64,000 nt of DNA from an uncultured Gammaproteobacteria bacterium (GCA_963745705.1 CAVUYL010000011.1:8535-72534), one strand, 5' to 3'; numbered from the stretch's first letter, positions 41,747 to 51,745 are shown. The notes: generated from the sequence alone by a model not told the origin. Program-made: numbers and translations.

Positions 41747-42420
41747 TCAAAAGATGGATGTTCATACGTTTTTTCATCGCTGCAGCCATGCTCAGTGCCG
41801 GCGCATTTGCCGCTGATTCGCCCGATTCACCCGTCGATCAGGCCATCCGCGCATGGAGCGTAGCAATGCGGGGTCCACTCGAGCAATGCGTCGATGATTT
41901 GAAAGCGCAGGATTTGGATTCCATTCGTGCCAAGGCCGATCTGTCGAGAATGGCTGCGGATGGTCCGCCGCCCTTCAGAATTGCATTGAACGATACCTTT
42001 GCGACGGATTCCGAGCGCATCGAGATCGCCAAATGGCTGAGGATTCGGGATTTTTGCCGCAAGCGATTCGCAATGCCGCGCACCCCACCCGCCACGGGAA
42101 GCGCGATCGAGGCGGCCTCGCTGCAACAAATGTTCGCCCTCGCCCAGATATTTCAGTCCAGTGTCAATCAACTCATCCGTGCGCTCTATTATCAGGAGCT
42201 GACTTACGGTGAGTTTGTGCGCAAGAGGTACGAATTTGCACGCGATGCCGCGGCCTTGAGTTCGGCCCTGCGCGAAGCGGAGCAGGGTGCCGATGAAGCT
42301 CAGCTGCGGCATAATTGGCAGGAGTTGTGGTATCTGAGAGTCAGCTGGAATATCTACCTGCGGCGCGTCAATACTCGTCAACCGGGGACCGTGCACCTTC
42401 GCGGCGCCATAAGTACCTGA
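41734..42420 (+). CDS. hypothetical secreted protein
   Basis: Signal peptide MRSPFKRWMFIRFFIAAAMLSAGAFA. Helical. No family recognised. Confidence 0.55.
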   Translation: MRSPFKRWMFIRFFIAAAMLSAGAFAADSPDSPVDQAIRAWSVAMRGPLEQCVDDLKAQDLDSIRAKADLSRMAADGPPPFRIALNDTFATDSERIEIAKWLRIRDFCRKRFAMPRTPPATGSAIEAASLQQMFALAQIFQSSVNQLIRALYYQELTYGEFVRKRYEFARDAAALSSALREAEQGADEAQLRHNWQELWYLRVSWNIYLRRVNTRQPGTVHLRGAIST

Positions 42421-42430
42421 TAAATCCTTA

Positions 42431-43708
42431 ATGTCGGCATCAACGCTCGAACGCGCTCGGTTCGCTGTGGCGTCCGAGGATTTGCCCAAGCTCGCCACAT
42501 CCGTTGTGTCGTTCACGCTGCTGCTCGCCAGTTATTACATTCTGCGGCCGGTGCGCGATGCGCTGGCGGCGACTTTGGGCGCCGACTCGATCAAGTATTT
42601 GAGCAGCGCGGTTTTCGTCGTGATGCTTCTCATCGTGCCCGTGTTCGGCTGGTTGTTCGTGCGCGTGCCGCGTCCGCGGCTGGTGCCGGGGCTGTTTGCC
42701 TTCTTCATCGTGAATCTCTGCATCTTCGCCTGCGCTTTCGGCCGCTATGGCGGCGAGGGCCCCATCGGGGCCTGGTGGTCGCGGGCATTCTTCGTCTGGG
42801 TCACGGTATTCAACATGTTCGCCGTATCGGTGTTCTGGAGCCGGATGGCGGAGGTATGGAGCGAGCCGCAGGGTCGCCGCTACTTCGGCATCGTAAGCGC
42901 CGGCGGCAGCCTGGGCGGCTTGGCCGGGCCGCTGCTGGCGCGCACCTTTGCGGCGAACGTCGCCATCACCGGTCTCGTTTGGATCAGCGCGGCGCTTTTG
43001 AGCGGGGCACTGATCGCGCTCAGTTTGCTCGCGCGCTCGCCGGCCGCGGCCACCGGGGCGTCTGCGGCGAAGGTGAGCGAACCGACCGCTCTCGCGGTGC
43101 TCCGGGGCCTGTGGTTGATCGGCCGCACGCCGTTTCTGGCCGGCATCGCCGCACTGGTGAGCCTTGGCTCCTTCCTCGGCATGATCGTGTACATCGAGAT
43201 GGCGCGCTTGGTCGCGGCGACGTTTCCCAGTGCCGTGGCACGCACGACGTTTTACTCAACCCGCGATCTTTGGGTCAACGGCGGCGCGTTCGTGCTGCAG
43301 CTCGTTCTGCTGGGCCAGATCACGCGCCGCTTCGGCGTCGGGCCGGCGCTGGTCGCGGCCGGGGCAGTCTTGCTGGCCGCGTTCGTAGCGCTTGGCTTCG
43401 ATCCGACCCTGGCAGCGCTCACCGGCGTCAGCGTGATCCTGCGCTGCGCGGAATTCGGGCTTGCTAAGCCGTCGCGCGACATGCTTTTCACCGTCGTGCC
43501 GCCTGCCGCGAAGTACCAATCCAAAAACGTGATCGATACGGCGCTGTACCGGGGCTCCGACATGGTGTCGGGTTGGATTCAGTCGCTGATCGGCCGGCTC
43601 GGCGTCGGCCTTGGTGGCTGGGGGTGGATTGCCGCGGCGTTGACCGTCGCGCTCACCGCGGTGGCGGCGCTGGTGGGGCGCGAATACCGGCGCCGCGGCG
43701 GCAAGTAG
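42431..43708 (+). CDS. MFS-type transporter (N-terminus resembles TLC/ATP:ADP-antiporter-like MFS proteins)
   Basis: About 12 TM segments. LLLASYYILRPVRDAL resembles the N-terminus of Npt/TLC-like MFS proteins, by recall only. Confidence 0.7.
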   Translation: MSASTLERARFAVASEDLPKLATSVVSFTLLLASYYILRPVRDALAATLGADSIKYLSSAVFVVMLLIVPVFGWLFVRVPRPRLVPGLFAFFIVNLCIFACAFGRYGGEGPIGAWWSRAFFVWVTVFNMFAVSVFWSRMAEVWSEPQGRRYFGIVSAGGSLGGLAGPLLARTFAANVAITGLVWISAALLSGALIALSLLARSPAAATGASAAKVSEPTALAVLRGLWLIGRTPFLAGIAALVSLGSFLGMIVYIEMARLVAATFPSAVARTTFYSTRDLWVNGGAFVLQLVLLGQITRRFGVGPALVAAGAVLLAAFVALGFDPTLAALTGVSVILRCAEFGLAKPSRDMLFTVVPPAAKYQSKNVIDTALYRGSDMVSGWIQSLIGRLGVGLGGWGWIAAALTVALTAVAALVGREYRRRGGK

Positions 43709-43723
43709 CCGTCCGAGGCCGCT

Positions 43724-43930
43724 CTATTCGAGAGTGATCTCGCCCTTGAATTCGACGTTTACCTTGAGTCCCGCAATTTCCAGCGTCATCTTTGCAGGAA
43801 ATGATTCAGTGCCGGCAATGGTGCCGGCCGTCGCGGCTTTCGCCACGGCGTGCTCGATCTCCCGCTGCGAGCTGATGCCGACCAATTTTAGAAATTTGCG
43901 TATGCTGAGATTCAACGCATCTTCGTTCAT
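43724..43930 (-). CDS. small conserved hypothetical protein (68 aa)
   Basis: MNEDALNLSIRKFLKLVGISSQREIEHAV... ORF with codon bias consistent with coding. The family name DUF6494 is recalled only tentatively. Confidence 0.45.
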   Translation of the reverse strand: MNEDALNLSIRKFLKLVGISSQREIEHAVAKAATAGTIAGTESFPAKMTLEIAGLKVNVEFKGEITLE

Positions 43931-44141
43931 ATCGAGGCTCACTTCTTTCGATATCGATGTAATCCCTATTAGGCTCCCACAGCCGGCAGTTGTCGATATT
44001 GCCCTGCGGGTGCGATCAGGGCCGGTCTTGAGGCGCGCCCGATCCATAGACAGCATCGATCGATTTCATCGTATCAATCACCTGGATATCGAGCGCACAA
44101 CCGCTACGATGGCCCACATCCGCCATCACCAGGACATTCTC

Positions 44142-45602
44142 ATGAGCCCATCCAAGACCTCTTTGACGACGGCATCCGGAATCCCGGTCGTCGACAATCA
44201 AAACTCGCTTTCGGCCGGGCTGCGGGGGCCGCTGTTGCTGCAGGATTTTCATCTCGTCGAAAAATTGCAGCATTTCAACCGCGAGCGAATCCCCGAGCGT
44301 GTGGTGCACGCCAAGGGATCGGGCGCGTATGGCACGTTCACCGTGACGCACGACATCACGAAGTTCACCAGCGCCCGGCTCTTCGATCGCATCGGCAAGA
44401 AGACCGAAACGTTCGTGCGCTTCTCGACGGTCGGGGGCGAGAAGGGCTCGGCCGACACCGAGCGCGACCCGCGCGGCTTCGCCATGCGCTTCTACACCGA
44501 AGACGGCAATTGGGACCTCGTCGGCAACAACACGCCGATGTTCTTCATCAAGGATCCGATCAAGTTTCCGGACTTCGTCCACACGCAGAAGCGCGACCCG
44601 CAGACCCATCTCAAATCGGCGCAGATGATGTGGGACTTCTGGAGCAAGGCGCCGGAGAGCCTGCATCAAGTCACCATGCTGTTCAGCGACCGCGGCACGC
44701 CCGATGGCTATCGTCACATGGACGGCTTCGGCAGCCACACCTTCAGCCTCATCAACGCCGCGGGCAACCGCGTGTGGGTGAAATGGCACTTGAAAACCCG
44801 GCAAGGGATCAAAAACTTGAGCGCAGCGGAGGCCGAGCGGCTGGCCGGCTCCGATCCCGACCATGCGCAGCGCGATCTTTTCAATGCGATCGCGGCGGGC
44901 GATTTCCCACGCTGGGACGTGTCGATTCAGGTCATGGCGGAAACCGAAGCCGCTGCGTGGGAAAAGCGGACCGGCTGGAATCCCTTCGATCTGACGAAGG
45001 TGTGGCCGTACGGCGATTTTCCGCGCATCCCGGTGGGCGTCCTGGAGCTCAATCGCAATCCGGACAACTATCACGAGCACGTCGAACAGGCCGCTTTCTC
45101 GCCCGCCAACATCGTACCGGGCATGGGCTACAGCCCCGATAAGATGCTGCAGGGACGCCTGTTTGCCTACCACGATGCACAGTTGTACCGGGTGGGAACC
45201 AATCACCAGCACTTGCCCGTGAACCGCGCACGTTGCCCGTTTCATAATCAGCAGCGCGATGGGCAGATGGCGGTCCACAACGGCGGCGCCGCCCAGAACT
45301 ATGAGGCAGTCAATGCCGCGGGCACCGCGCCGCAGGGTTTCGGCAACGATGATCCGGGCTGGGTTCTACAGGGGCTCGCGGGCCGCTACGACGAGCGCGC
45401 CACCGCCGACGACTACACTCAGGCGGGCAATCTGTACCGCATCATGAAGCCCGATGCCCAGGATCGATTGATCTCCAACATCGCAAACGCCATGAAGTAT
45501 GTATCCGACGACATCAAGAAACTGCAAATCGGCCACTTCAGCAAAGCGGACCCGGCCTACGGCGCGGCAGTGGCGCGCAAGCTGGGGTTTGCCGCAAACT
45601 AG
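44142..45602 (+). CDS. monofunctional haem catalase (small-subunit clade)
   Basis: FNRERIPERVVHAKGSGAYGTF distal His region and RLFAYHDAQLYR proximal Tyr region. 486 aa. Confidence 0.95.
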   Translation: MSPSKTSLTTASGIPVVDNQNSLSAGLRGPLLLQDFHLVEKLQHFNRERIPERVVHAKGSGAYGTFTVTHDITKFTSARLFDRIGKKTETFVRFSTVGGEKGSADTERDPRGFAMRFYTEDGNWDLVGNNTPMFFIKDPIKFPDFVHTQKRDPQTHLKSAQMMWDFWSKAPESLHQVTMLFSDRGTPDGYRHMDGFGSHTFSLINAAGNRVWVKWHLKTRQGIKNLSAAEAERLAGSDPDHAQRDLFNAIAAGDFPRWDVSIQVMAETEAAAWEKRTGWNPFDLTKVWPYGDFPRIPVGVLELNRNPDNYHEHVEQAAFSPANIVPGMGYSPDKMLQGRLFAYHDAQLYRVGTNHQHLPVNRARCPFHNQQRDGQMAVHNGGAAQNYEAVNAAGTAPQGFGNDDPGWVLQGLAGRYDERATADDYTQAGNLYRIMKPDAQDRLISNIANAMKYVSDDIKKLQIGHFSKADPAYGAAVARKLGFAAN

Positions 45603-45627
45603 GCCATCGGACGGATCGTCCCGCAAG

Positions 45628-46059
45628 ATGAGGCCTGGGCTGGTGCAATCTGAATACGATGCCAAGAGGCGCCCCGGCTTGGGTCCGCTCGAGACCAGGG
45701 TGCTCGAGCTGCTGTGGGGCGAGGGCAGGGCGCAGACCGTTCGGCACCTCCTGCCCGTATTCCCCGAGCTTGCGTACACGACGCTGATGACCACGCTCGA
45801 CCGCCTGTATCGAAAGGGCTTGCTGCTGCGACGCCGACGGGGCCGCGCCTTCGCTTACGAGCCGCGCTGCTCGCGCGAGCAGCTGCTGGGCGAACTGGTC
45901 TCCGGGCAGGTCAGCGATCTTTTGGCGGCGTCGGGCACCCGCACCGCGATTCTCTCGACGCTGGTGCACTGCGTGGGCCGCCAGGACGCCGCCCTGCTCG
46001 ACGAACTCGATGCGCTGGTTCAGGCCGAGCGCGTGCGACTGCAAATGGCGGACGAGTGA
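45628..46059 (+). CDS. BlaI/MecI/CopY-family transcriptional repressor
   Basis: Winged-helix segment LGPLETRVLELLWGEGRAQTVRHLL...YTTLMTTLDRLYRKGLLLRRRRGRAFAYEP. Confidence 0.85.
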   Translation: MRPGLVQSEYDAKRRPGLGPLETRVLELLWGEGRAQTVRHLLPVFPELAYTTLMTTLDRLYRKGLLLRRRRGRAFAYEPRCSREQLLGELVSGQVSDLLAASGTRTAILSTLVHCVGRQDAALLDELDALVQAERVRLQMADE

Positions 46060-46994
46060 ACTTCGCCGGCACGCTTTGCCTGGTGCTGCTGGCGGCCTAT
46101 GGTCTCGCCAGCTTGCTGCTATCGATCGCGGTTGCCGGCCTCTATGGCGCGTGGCCGGTGCGCACGCGCGCGACCTCCGGCGACCTTCTGGCGCTGCGCC
46201 TGCTGCCCTCTGCGGGGGCATTATTTCTGACGCTGGCCGTGGTGTTGCCCGCGTTCTTGAGCCACGAGCCAAACCGTGCGGCGGAAGCGGTGGGACCTCT
46301 GCTGGTGGGGCTGGCGACGTTCGCGCTGCTCATCATCGGCGATGGCATGCTGCGCGGCTGGCGCGCGTGGGTGGCGGCCGCCGCGCTGCTGCGTACCTGC
46401 GGCCGGGCCAATCGCCGTTGCGTAATGGCGGGGCTGAATATCGACATCGTCGACCTCCCGCAACCGATGGTCGCGGTGATCGGTGCGTGGCGGCCGCGAA
46501 TCGTTGCCGCAAAACGCGTCCTCGCCGCCTGCAGCCGGGAAGAGTTTCGCCAGGTCATCGGGCATGAGGCGGCGCACATAGCGGCGCACGATAATCTCAA
46601 GCTCCTGCTGCTCCTTGCATGCCCCGATGCGCTCGCCTGGATGCCCGCGGGGGGTGCCTTGACCGCGCGCTGGCGAGCGGCGGCGGAGCTCGAAGCGGAC
46701 GCGCTGGCGACGGGTCCCGATCGTTGCAAGCGAGTCGCGCTCGCGTCCGCGTTGATCAAAGTCGCCCGGCTGTCGGCGGGCGCGCAACGCGAGTTCGCCA
46801 TGCTCATGATGCCCGTCGCCTTGGATGATGTGGAAGGCCGGGTGCGTCGGCTGCTGGCCCCGTGCCCGGCGGCGACGCGGGCGTTTCGCATGCGAATCTT
46901 GATTTCGAGTGCGCTGCTGGTCGCAGTCGTTATGCTGCCGCTATACGGGTTCGTCCAGGAACTGGTGGAAACGCTGGTTGCCTTCGGGCGTTGA
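46056..46994 (+). CDS. M56-family (BlaR1-like) membrane metallopeptidase without a recognisable sensor domain
   Basis: GTGA overlap with the repressor gene. Multiple TM helices and the HEAAH zinc motif (IGHEAAHIAAHDNL). Only 312 aa, with no penicillin-binding-type C-terminal domain. Confidence 0.85.
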   Translation: MNFAGTLCLVLLAAYGLASLLLSIAVAGLYGAWPVRTRATSGDLLALRLLPSAGALFLTLAVVLPAFLSHEPNRAAEAVGPLLVGLATFALLIIGDGMLRGWRAWVAAAALLRTCGRANRRCVMAGLNIDIVDLPQPMVAVIGAWRPRIVAAKRVLAACSREEFRQVIGHEAAHIAAHDNLKLLLLLACPDALAWMPAGGALTARWRAAAELEADALATGPDRCKRVALASALIKVARLSAGAQREFAMLMMPVALDDVEGRVRRLLAPCPAATRAFRMRILISSALLVAVVMLPLYGFVQELVETLVAFGR

Positions 46995-47028
46995 GGTCGC
47001 CGCACCCGGCGTTGCCGATGGCCTGCCC

Positions 47029-49281
47029 TCAGAAGTGGTAGGTGAGGTTCACGCCCACGGAGCGCGGCTTCTGGTAATACGAGGACTGCTGCCCTTCACT
47101 GCCGGCGTACGCGTAGGTGAGCGGCCGCGCGTCCGTCAAGTTCGTGACCCAGAGACTCGCGTCCCAGTGCTCGGCCGGATTCCGGAGGCCGAGCCGCGCA
47201 CCCAGGGAATGTCCGCGCCCAAAGGTCGTCGGGTCCGCCAAGTAGGGGTGTTCCGCGCCGGAGTAGTGGTCGTTGGCCTGGGCATACGCCCGCAAGCCGC
47301 CCGCAACGGAATGCTCGTACTGCGCCAGCCAGTTGCCGCTGAAAGTCGGTGCATCGGGGAGCATTTGACCGACGGCGACGGGCGTGAACAGCGCCAGACC
47401 ATTGTCGTTGGTCAGGGTCTCCGTCACGCGGGCATGGAGGTAGGTGGCGCCGAGGTGGACCTCGAGGCCGGTGAGCGGGCGCCACTCGATGCTGCTCTCG
47501 ACGCCGTCGATCCTGGAGCGCGGCACATTGCCTAGTCCCGCTATCAGCGGCTGCGTGCCGACCGGACCCGCCCACAGGGACAGGCTCGACTGGCGATCGC
47601 GGATGTCGGTGTCGAACACCGCGGCGTTGAACTGCACGGAGTCGGCGAAAAACCGGCTCTTGAGCCCGAGTTCGGTGGTACGCACGTGCTCCGGATTCAC
47701 ATAGCCCCAGTCCACCGATACCTGGGCGGGCTGGCCATAGAAAATCCCCGCCTTGTAAGCCGTTGCGACGCTGGCGTACAGCAGAACTTTGTCCGAGAGG
47801 TGGTACTCGGGCTCGAGGCGATAGGAGACATTCTGACTCGAACGTGACTGATCGAGCGCGGCGAGCACGGTATTCGGCACGATCGGCCCGCTGAAGTTAT
47901 TGCTGGCGAACGTCAACAGGCCCGTCGGATCGATGGTTTTTCCGTCGAATGCCGCCTCGTCATGCGAGTAGCGCAATCCGGTCACGAGTGTCCAGCGCTT
48001 CGATACATGGGTTTCCGCGTGGGCGTACAGCCCCGACGACTGCTGCGTCTGGATGAAGTTCGCGGCCGTGATGGCCTTGCCCGAATCCGTGATGAAGTCC
48101 GCGAGTCCATACACGAATGTCCAGTCGAGCGAGTCGCGGCAGTGAAACCAGTTCTGGGCGTACTCGGCACCGACGATCCAGTCGACGAGGCCGCCCGCAA
48201 CCGAGCCTAAGCGCAGCTCTTCGCTGAACTGCTGCTGCTGGAAATTCTTGGTCCAATTGTTATCGGCCGCCGGGTAGCCGTCGTAGTTGTCGAGACTGTG
48301 CGCAAAGAACTCGTCGAATGCGCTGATCGATGTGAGAGTCAGTCCCTCAAAGCGCACATTCAGAGTGGCGACGGCGCCGTCGCCGTGCTCGTTCTTGTAG
48401 AGCGGCAAGCCTCCGACCCTGACGAGCGTGCCGCCCGGGGGACTGTCCAGCAGCCCGGCGGTCGGGAACGGCAGGTTGGGCGGCACCAGGCTCTCCACGT
48501 TCGGGGTGGAAGGCGAGGATGGCACCGAGTGGTCGTAGACATAGTGCAGGTTGAGCATCAGGCTGGCCGCGTCGGTCAGCCGGATGTCGAACAATGTCCG
48601 GGCGCCGCCGCGATCGAGCTTGCCGTATTTTTCGCCCGTGTCGATGTCGGTTTGATATCCCTCACCCTGCTTGGTCGCCGTTGCCGCGAGCCGAGCCTTG
48701 ATGGAATCCGTGAGCGGACCGCTGACGGCGGCCGTGAGGTCGGTCGTCTCCCATCGGCTGTAGTCGACGTCGACATAGCCCTCGAAGTCGTCCGTGGGCC
48801 GCTTGGAGATGATGTTGATCGCGCCCCCCGCGGTGTTCTTGCCGTACAGGGTGCCTTGCGGACCCTCGAGGATCTCGACCCGGTCCAGGTCGTACAGCGC
48901 AGCGGTGAGAAATCCCGGAAAACTTGCGAATACATCGTCCAGATAGGTCCCGACACCACTGCTGTTGTTCATGTTGAAGTCATCCAGGCCGATGCCGCGG
49001 ATGAGAAACAGCGGCGTGCTGTCGGTCGTCGCATTCATGGTCGAGAGGCTCGGGGAGACGGCCGCAAGGCTCAATGGCTGCTGGATGCGCAGAGTCTGCA
49101 TTTCCTCGCCGCTGACGGCGGTGATGGCGACACCGATCTGCTGCACATCCTGGCTGTATTTTTGTGCGGTCACGACCACTTCCTCAAGAGCCGTGTCGGC
49201 ATCCGAGGCCAGGGTCACATGGGGCGCGAGCAGCGGCAGGAGACCGACCAATGCGGCGGTTGGCAATAGATCACGATGCAC
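47029..49281 (-). CDS. TonB-dependent outer-membrane receptor
   Basis: Signal peptide, TonB box/plug (LEEVVVTAQK, GPQGTLYGKNTAGGAINIISKRP) and a terminal ...GVNLTYHF. Confidence 0.9.
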   Translation of the reverse strand: MHRDLLPTAALVGLLPLLAPHVTLASDADTALEEVVVTAQKYSQDVQQIGVAITAVSGEEMQTLRIQQPLSLAAVSPSLSTMNATTDSTPLFLIRGIGLDDFNMNNSSGVGTYLDDVFASFPGFLTAALYDLDRVEILEGPQGTLYGKNTAGGAINIISKRPTDDFEGYVDVDYSRWETTDLTAAVSGPLTDSIKARLAATATKQGEGYQTDIDTGEKYGKLDRGGARTLFDIRLTDAASLMLNLHYVYDHSVPSSPSTPNVESLVPPNLPFPTAGLLDSPPGGTLVRVGGLPLYKNEHGDGAVATLNVRFEGLTLTSISAFDEFFAHSLDNYDGYPAADNNWTKNFQQQQFSEELRLGSVAGGLVDWIVGAEYAQNWFHCRDSLDWTFVYGLADFITDSGKAITAANFIQTQQSSGLYAHAETHVSKRWTLVTGLRYSHDEAAFDGKTIDPTGLLTFASNNFSGPIVPNTVLAALDQSRSSQNVSYRLEPEYHLSDKVLLYASVATAYKAGIFYGQPAQVSVDWGYVNPEHVRTTELGLKSRFFADSVQFNAAVFDTDIRDRQSSLSLWAGPVGTQPLIAGLGNVPRSRIDGVESSIEWRPLTGLEVHLGATYLHARVTETLTNDNGLALFTPVAVGQMLPDAPTFSGNWLAQYEHSVAGGLRAYAQANDHYSGAEHPYLADPTTFGRGHSLGARLGLRNPAEHWDASLWVTNLTDARPLTYAYAGSEGQQSSYYQKPRSVGVNLTYHF

Positions 49282-49367
49282 GGCGCGCAGTCTAGGCTGC
49301 GGCGTCGCTCTACTACCATCGATCGTAGCGGTCGCCGAAGGTCGGCGGATCTAGCTTTCCGGCGGCC

Positions 49368-49700
49368 TCAGTGGCGGGAGAAGAAATGCAGGAACCCGGC
49401 GCGGCGATTTTTATGGCTTGTCGTTCGCCGATTCGACCACAGTTCGAATGGGGTTTTGCCGTCTTCGAATGGAGATTTTCCGTCTTGGTTGCAGCAGCTG
49501 CACACCAAGACCTTGCGCTTGACAGAGTCGCTCATGTAGGTCTCGATGAGACAGAGTACGGCGTCCGCCACATTGCGCGCGCGGATGACTCTGACGTCTC
49601 CCGTCGTGCAGGTGGCGCCCGATCCGAGATTCGGACACGTGAGAGTGTGCAGCATCGTGACCGGCGGAGAGTGCTTGATCTCGGCTTGAAATTTGGTCAC
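49368..49700 (-). CDS. hypothetical Cys-rich basic protein (110 aa)
   Basis: GTG start 6 nt after a GAAGGA Shine-Dalgarno. 7 Cys including VCSCC. Duplicated GKSPFE/GKTPFE. The segment is visibly less GC-rich than its surroundings. No family recognised. Confidence 0.35.
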   Translation of the reverse strand: MTKFQAEIKHSPPVTMLHTLTCPNLGSGATCTTGDVRVIRARNVADAVLCLIETYMSDSVKRKVLVCSCCNQDGKSPFEDGKTPFELWSNRRTTSHKNRRAGFLHFFSRH

Positions 49701-49816
49701 TTGGTTCCTTCCCTGTGTGAAGTACACGGGGGAGGAACCTACTGCGAATTGGAATATGTTAATAGTGTCGCCAGGACCCGACAGACTGTCGGGGGGCGAC
49801 CCGCTCAGCAGAAAGA

Positions 49817-49851
49817 CCTAGTGCATCAGCAGGCCTAGTGCATCAGCAAGG
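49817..49851. repeat. tandem duplication of a 17/18-bp unit CCTAGTGCATCAGCA(A)GG
   Basis: Read directly from the sequence. It duplicates the last four codons plus the stop (LLMH*) of the small membrane gene on the minus strand. Confidence 0.8.
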
Positions 49852-50043
49852 CAGCCCCGACTCCGGCGAGCGCCGGCAATACGAGCATGGCTGCGTCCAC
49901 GCGGGCGCGCCAGTTCGGGCGCGAGGATAAGGGCACAATGGCGCCCGCATCTCCCACGGCGACAAAAAACACATTGGCGGCGAGCCATACAACGAACGCT
50001 GCAGCGGTCGCGGCGATCACAAGCCAAATTCGGGTGTCCGTCA
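49835..50043 (-). CDS. small 2-TM membrane protein (69 aa)
   Basis: AGGAG Shine-Dalgarno 7 nt before the ATG. Two hydrophobic helices. No family recognised. Confidence 0.5.
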
Positions 50044-50207
50044 TTGCCAACTCCTGAAGCCTGGGCGACCTAGACTTTAGGTCACCCCGGCCTCGGCGCC
50101 TGTGACGCGAAACACCAAAAAGGCCGGGCCGGCGAGTGCGGTTCCACACTGGCGACGACGCAAGGGACATTGTCAAATACCGCGCAGCAGGGAGTCGCGG
50201 CCAAACG

Positions 50208-50657
50208 CTAGCCGGCGTCTGGGCAAACTCCAGGCTGGTCGATGGCCGCATCGGCCTGGTTGGATTCGGTGGCGAGAATGTCGCGGCGCTGTTGCTGCAT
50301 TTGGCCGGCTTGCTTGCGCAGCTCGCGGCTTTCCACCCTCAATAGATACTTCGGGGCGCCGTCCGTGCCCTCATCCAACTCCATGGCCTCCCGATCCCGC
50401 GAAGTTGCCCGCAGATTGAGCGAGCGGATTTCACCCCGCATGTCATCGCCCAAGACCGATCCGCCGACGGATCGACCGACGAGGAATCCGGCGGCATCGA
50501 GCTCGCTCTCATCGACGGTGGTTTGCGTATCCATGATCGGCTTGCCGCGCGTCTTGATTGCGGCCAGCGTCGCCAGTCGTGTGGAGCGGACGATTTTGCC
50601 GCTCGATCGATCCAACGCGGTGAAGAAGTAGACGTAGGCATCGGCCATCGGGCTCAT
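50208..50657 (-). CDS. hypothetical soluble protein (about 149 aa) downstream of the STAND operon
   Basis: ORF with a coding-like GC3 pattern. N-terminal YVYFFTALDRSSGKIVRSTRLATLAAIKTRG and an acidic/coiled C-terminus. It starts about 50 nt after the 4-TM gene. Confidence 0.5.
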   Translation of the reverse strand: MSPMADAYVYFFTALDRSSGKIVRSTRLATLAAIKTRGKPIMDTQTTVDESELDAAGFLVGRSVGGSVLGDDMRGEIRSLNLRATSRDREAMELDEGTDGAPKYLLRVESRELRKQAGQMQQQRRDILATESNQADAAIDQPGVCPDAG

Positions 50658-50707
50658 TCTACCCGTTGCAGCCGGGCCGTCCGTACGGTGGCGTACATAA
50701 CGACGCC

Positions 50708-51745
50708 TCAGGCAAGCGGCAGATTGTGCGGCCGGACCAGCAGGTGCCAATCTTGGTGCTCCTCCAAAATCAGCGCGATCGCCGCCTCGATCGCGGCCTT
50801 GAGCGCAGCGACGTCGCCGGCGGAGACGCTCTCATCGAGCGCGGTGCGAATGCGCGTCATCGCGTCCTGCAGATCGGCGACCAGGCGTTCCGAGGTGGTG
50901 CCGAGCCGATAGGATTCGGATTGGGCGAGCGCGCCGTGCAATGATGCGCCGAGCGCCGGGAAAAAAGTCGTTATCACCGACAGAAAAAACGTATGCACGA
51001 TGAGGTGCAGCAGCGCACCGAGTGCCGTCAGGCCGAACAGAGCGCTGTTCATGACATGCACCCGATGGCGCAGCGCGTGGTGCTTGCTCGCGATGCGGTA
51101 GTGATAGTGGCGCTGCTCGTCGAGAATGTCGATGGTCCACTGCGCGTAGCTCGAGACGAACTTGAGGTCCGACCAAGCGTCGAGCAGCAGCCCCCGCGCC
51201 AGCGGCTCGTTCTCTGCGCAGAGCGCAGCCACGTCGTCCGCGCTGCGCACGTGCTGGCCAGGATCGAATACGCGCAGATACCAATTCGTGGCGCTCGCCG
51301 GCGCCGAAAAATCCAGCAAGGGCGCGAGCATGGGCAGATACCAGCTCAATTCCGCGGTGGTGCGTGCGCTCAGCCATTGCGCCTGCCAGTCGCAGCGGTG
51401 ACCGCGCCAGTAAATCGCGCTCACGGTGCCGATCACCATGACTTCGCCGACCGCCCACAATCCCGCGAAGGGATGCAGCATGTGGTTCGAGCTGTCCCAG
51501 CCGAGCGCCAAGGGCATGACGGCGAACAATACGGCAACCGCGCTCAGCAGATAAATCGCCCAGAAGCCGCTGCGGTAACGGTTCCCATAGAGCATGGCGC
51601 GCTCATCGAACCGCCGGTGCGGGCCGGCAATGGCCTCGATGAGCGGCACTAGCGCCGCCGGTGCCTGGGGCACGGGGGCCGGCGGCAGGGTTTGAACATG
51701 AGCGCCGATCAATAACAGCCGCTGAACGAAATTATGCAGCGCCAT
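50708..51745 (-). CDS. 4-TM membrane protein with two SLATT-like (2TM plus helical) modules
   Basis: Module 1: YGNRYRSGFWAIYLLSAVAVLFAV / LWAVGEVMVIGTVSAIYW followed by WLSARTTAELSWY. Module 2: QRHYHYRIASKHHALRHRVHVMNSALFGLTALGALLHLIV / FFLSVITTFFPALGASL followed by a helical tail. The ATG lies 1 nt after the PGDYG stop. The SLATT call is pattern-based only. Confidence 0.7.
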   Translation of the reverse strand: MALHNFVQRLLLIGAHVQTLPPAPVPQAPAALVPLIEAIAGPHRRFDERAMLYGNRYRSGFWAIYLLSAVAVLFAVMPLALGWDSSNHMLHPFAGLWAVGEVMVIGTVSAIYWRGHRCDWQAQWLSARTTAELSWYLPMLAPLLDFSAPASATNWYLRVFDPGQHVRSADDVAALCAENEPLARGLLLDAWSDLKFVSSYAQWTIDILDEQRHYHYRIASKHHALRHRVHVMNSALFGLTALGALLHLIVHTFFLSVITTFFPALGASLHGALAQSESYRLGTTSERLVADLQDAMTRIRTALDESVSAGDVAALKAAIEAAIALILEEHQDWHLLVRPHNLPLA

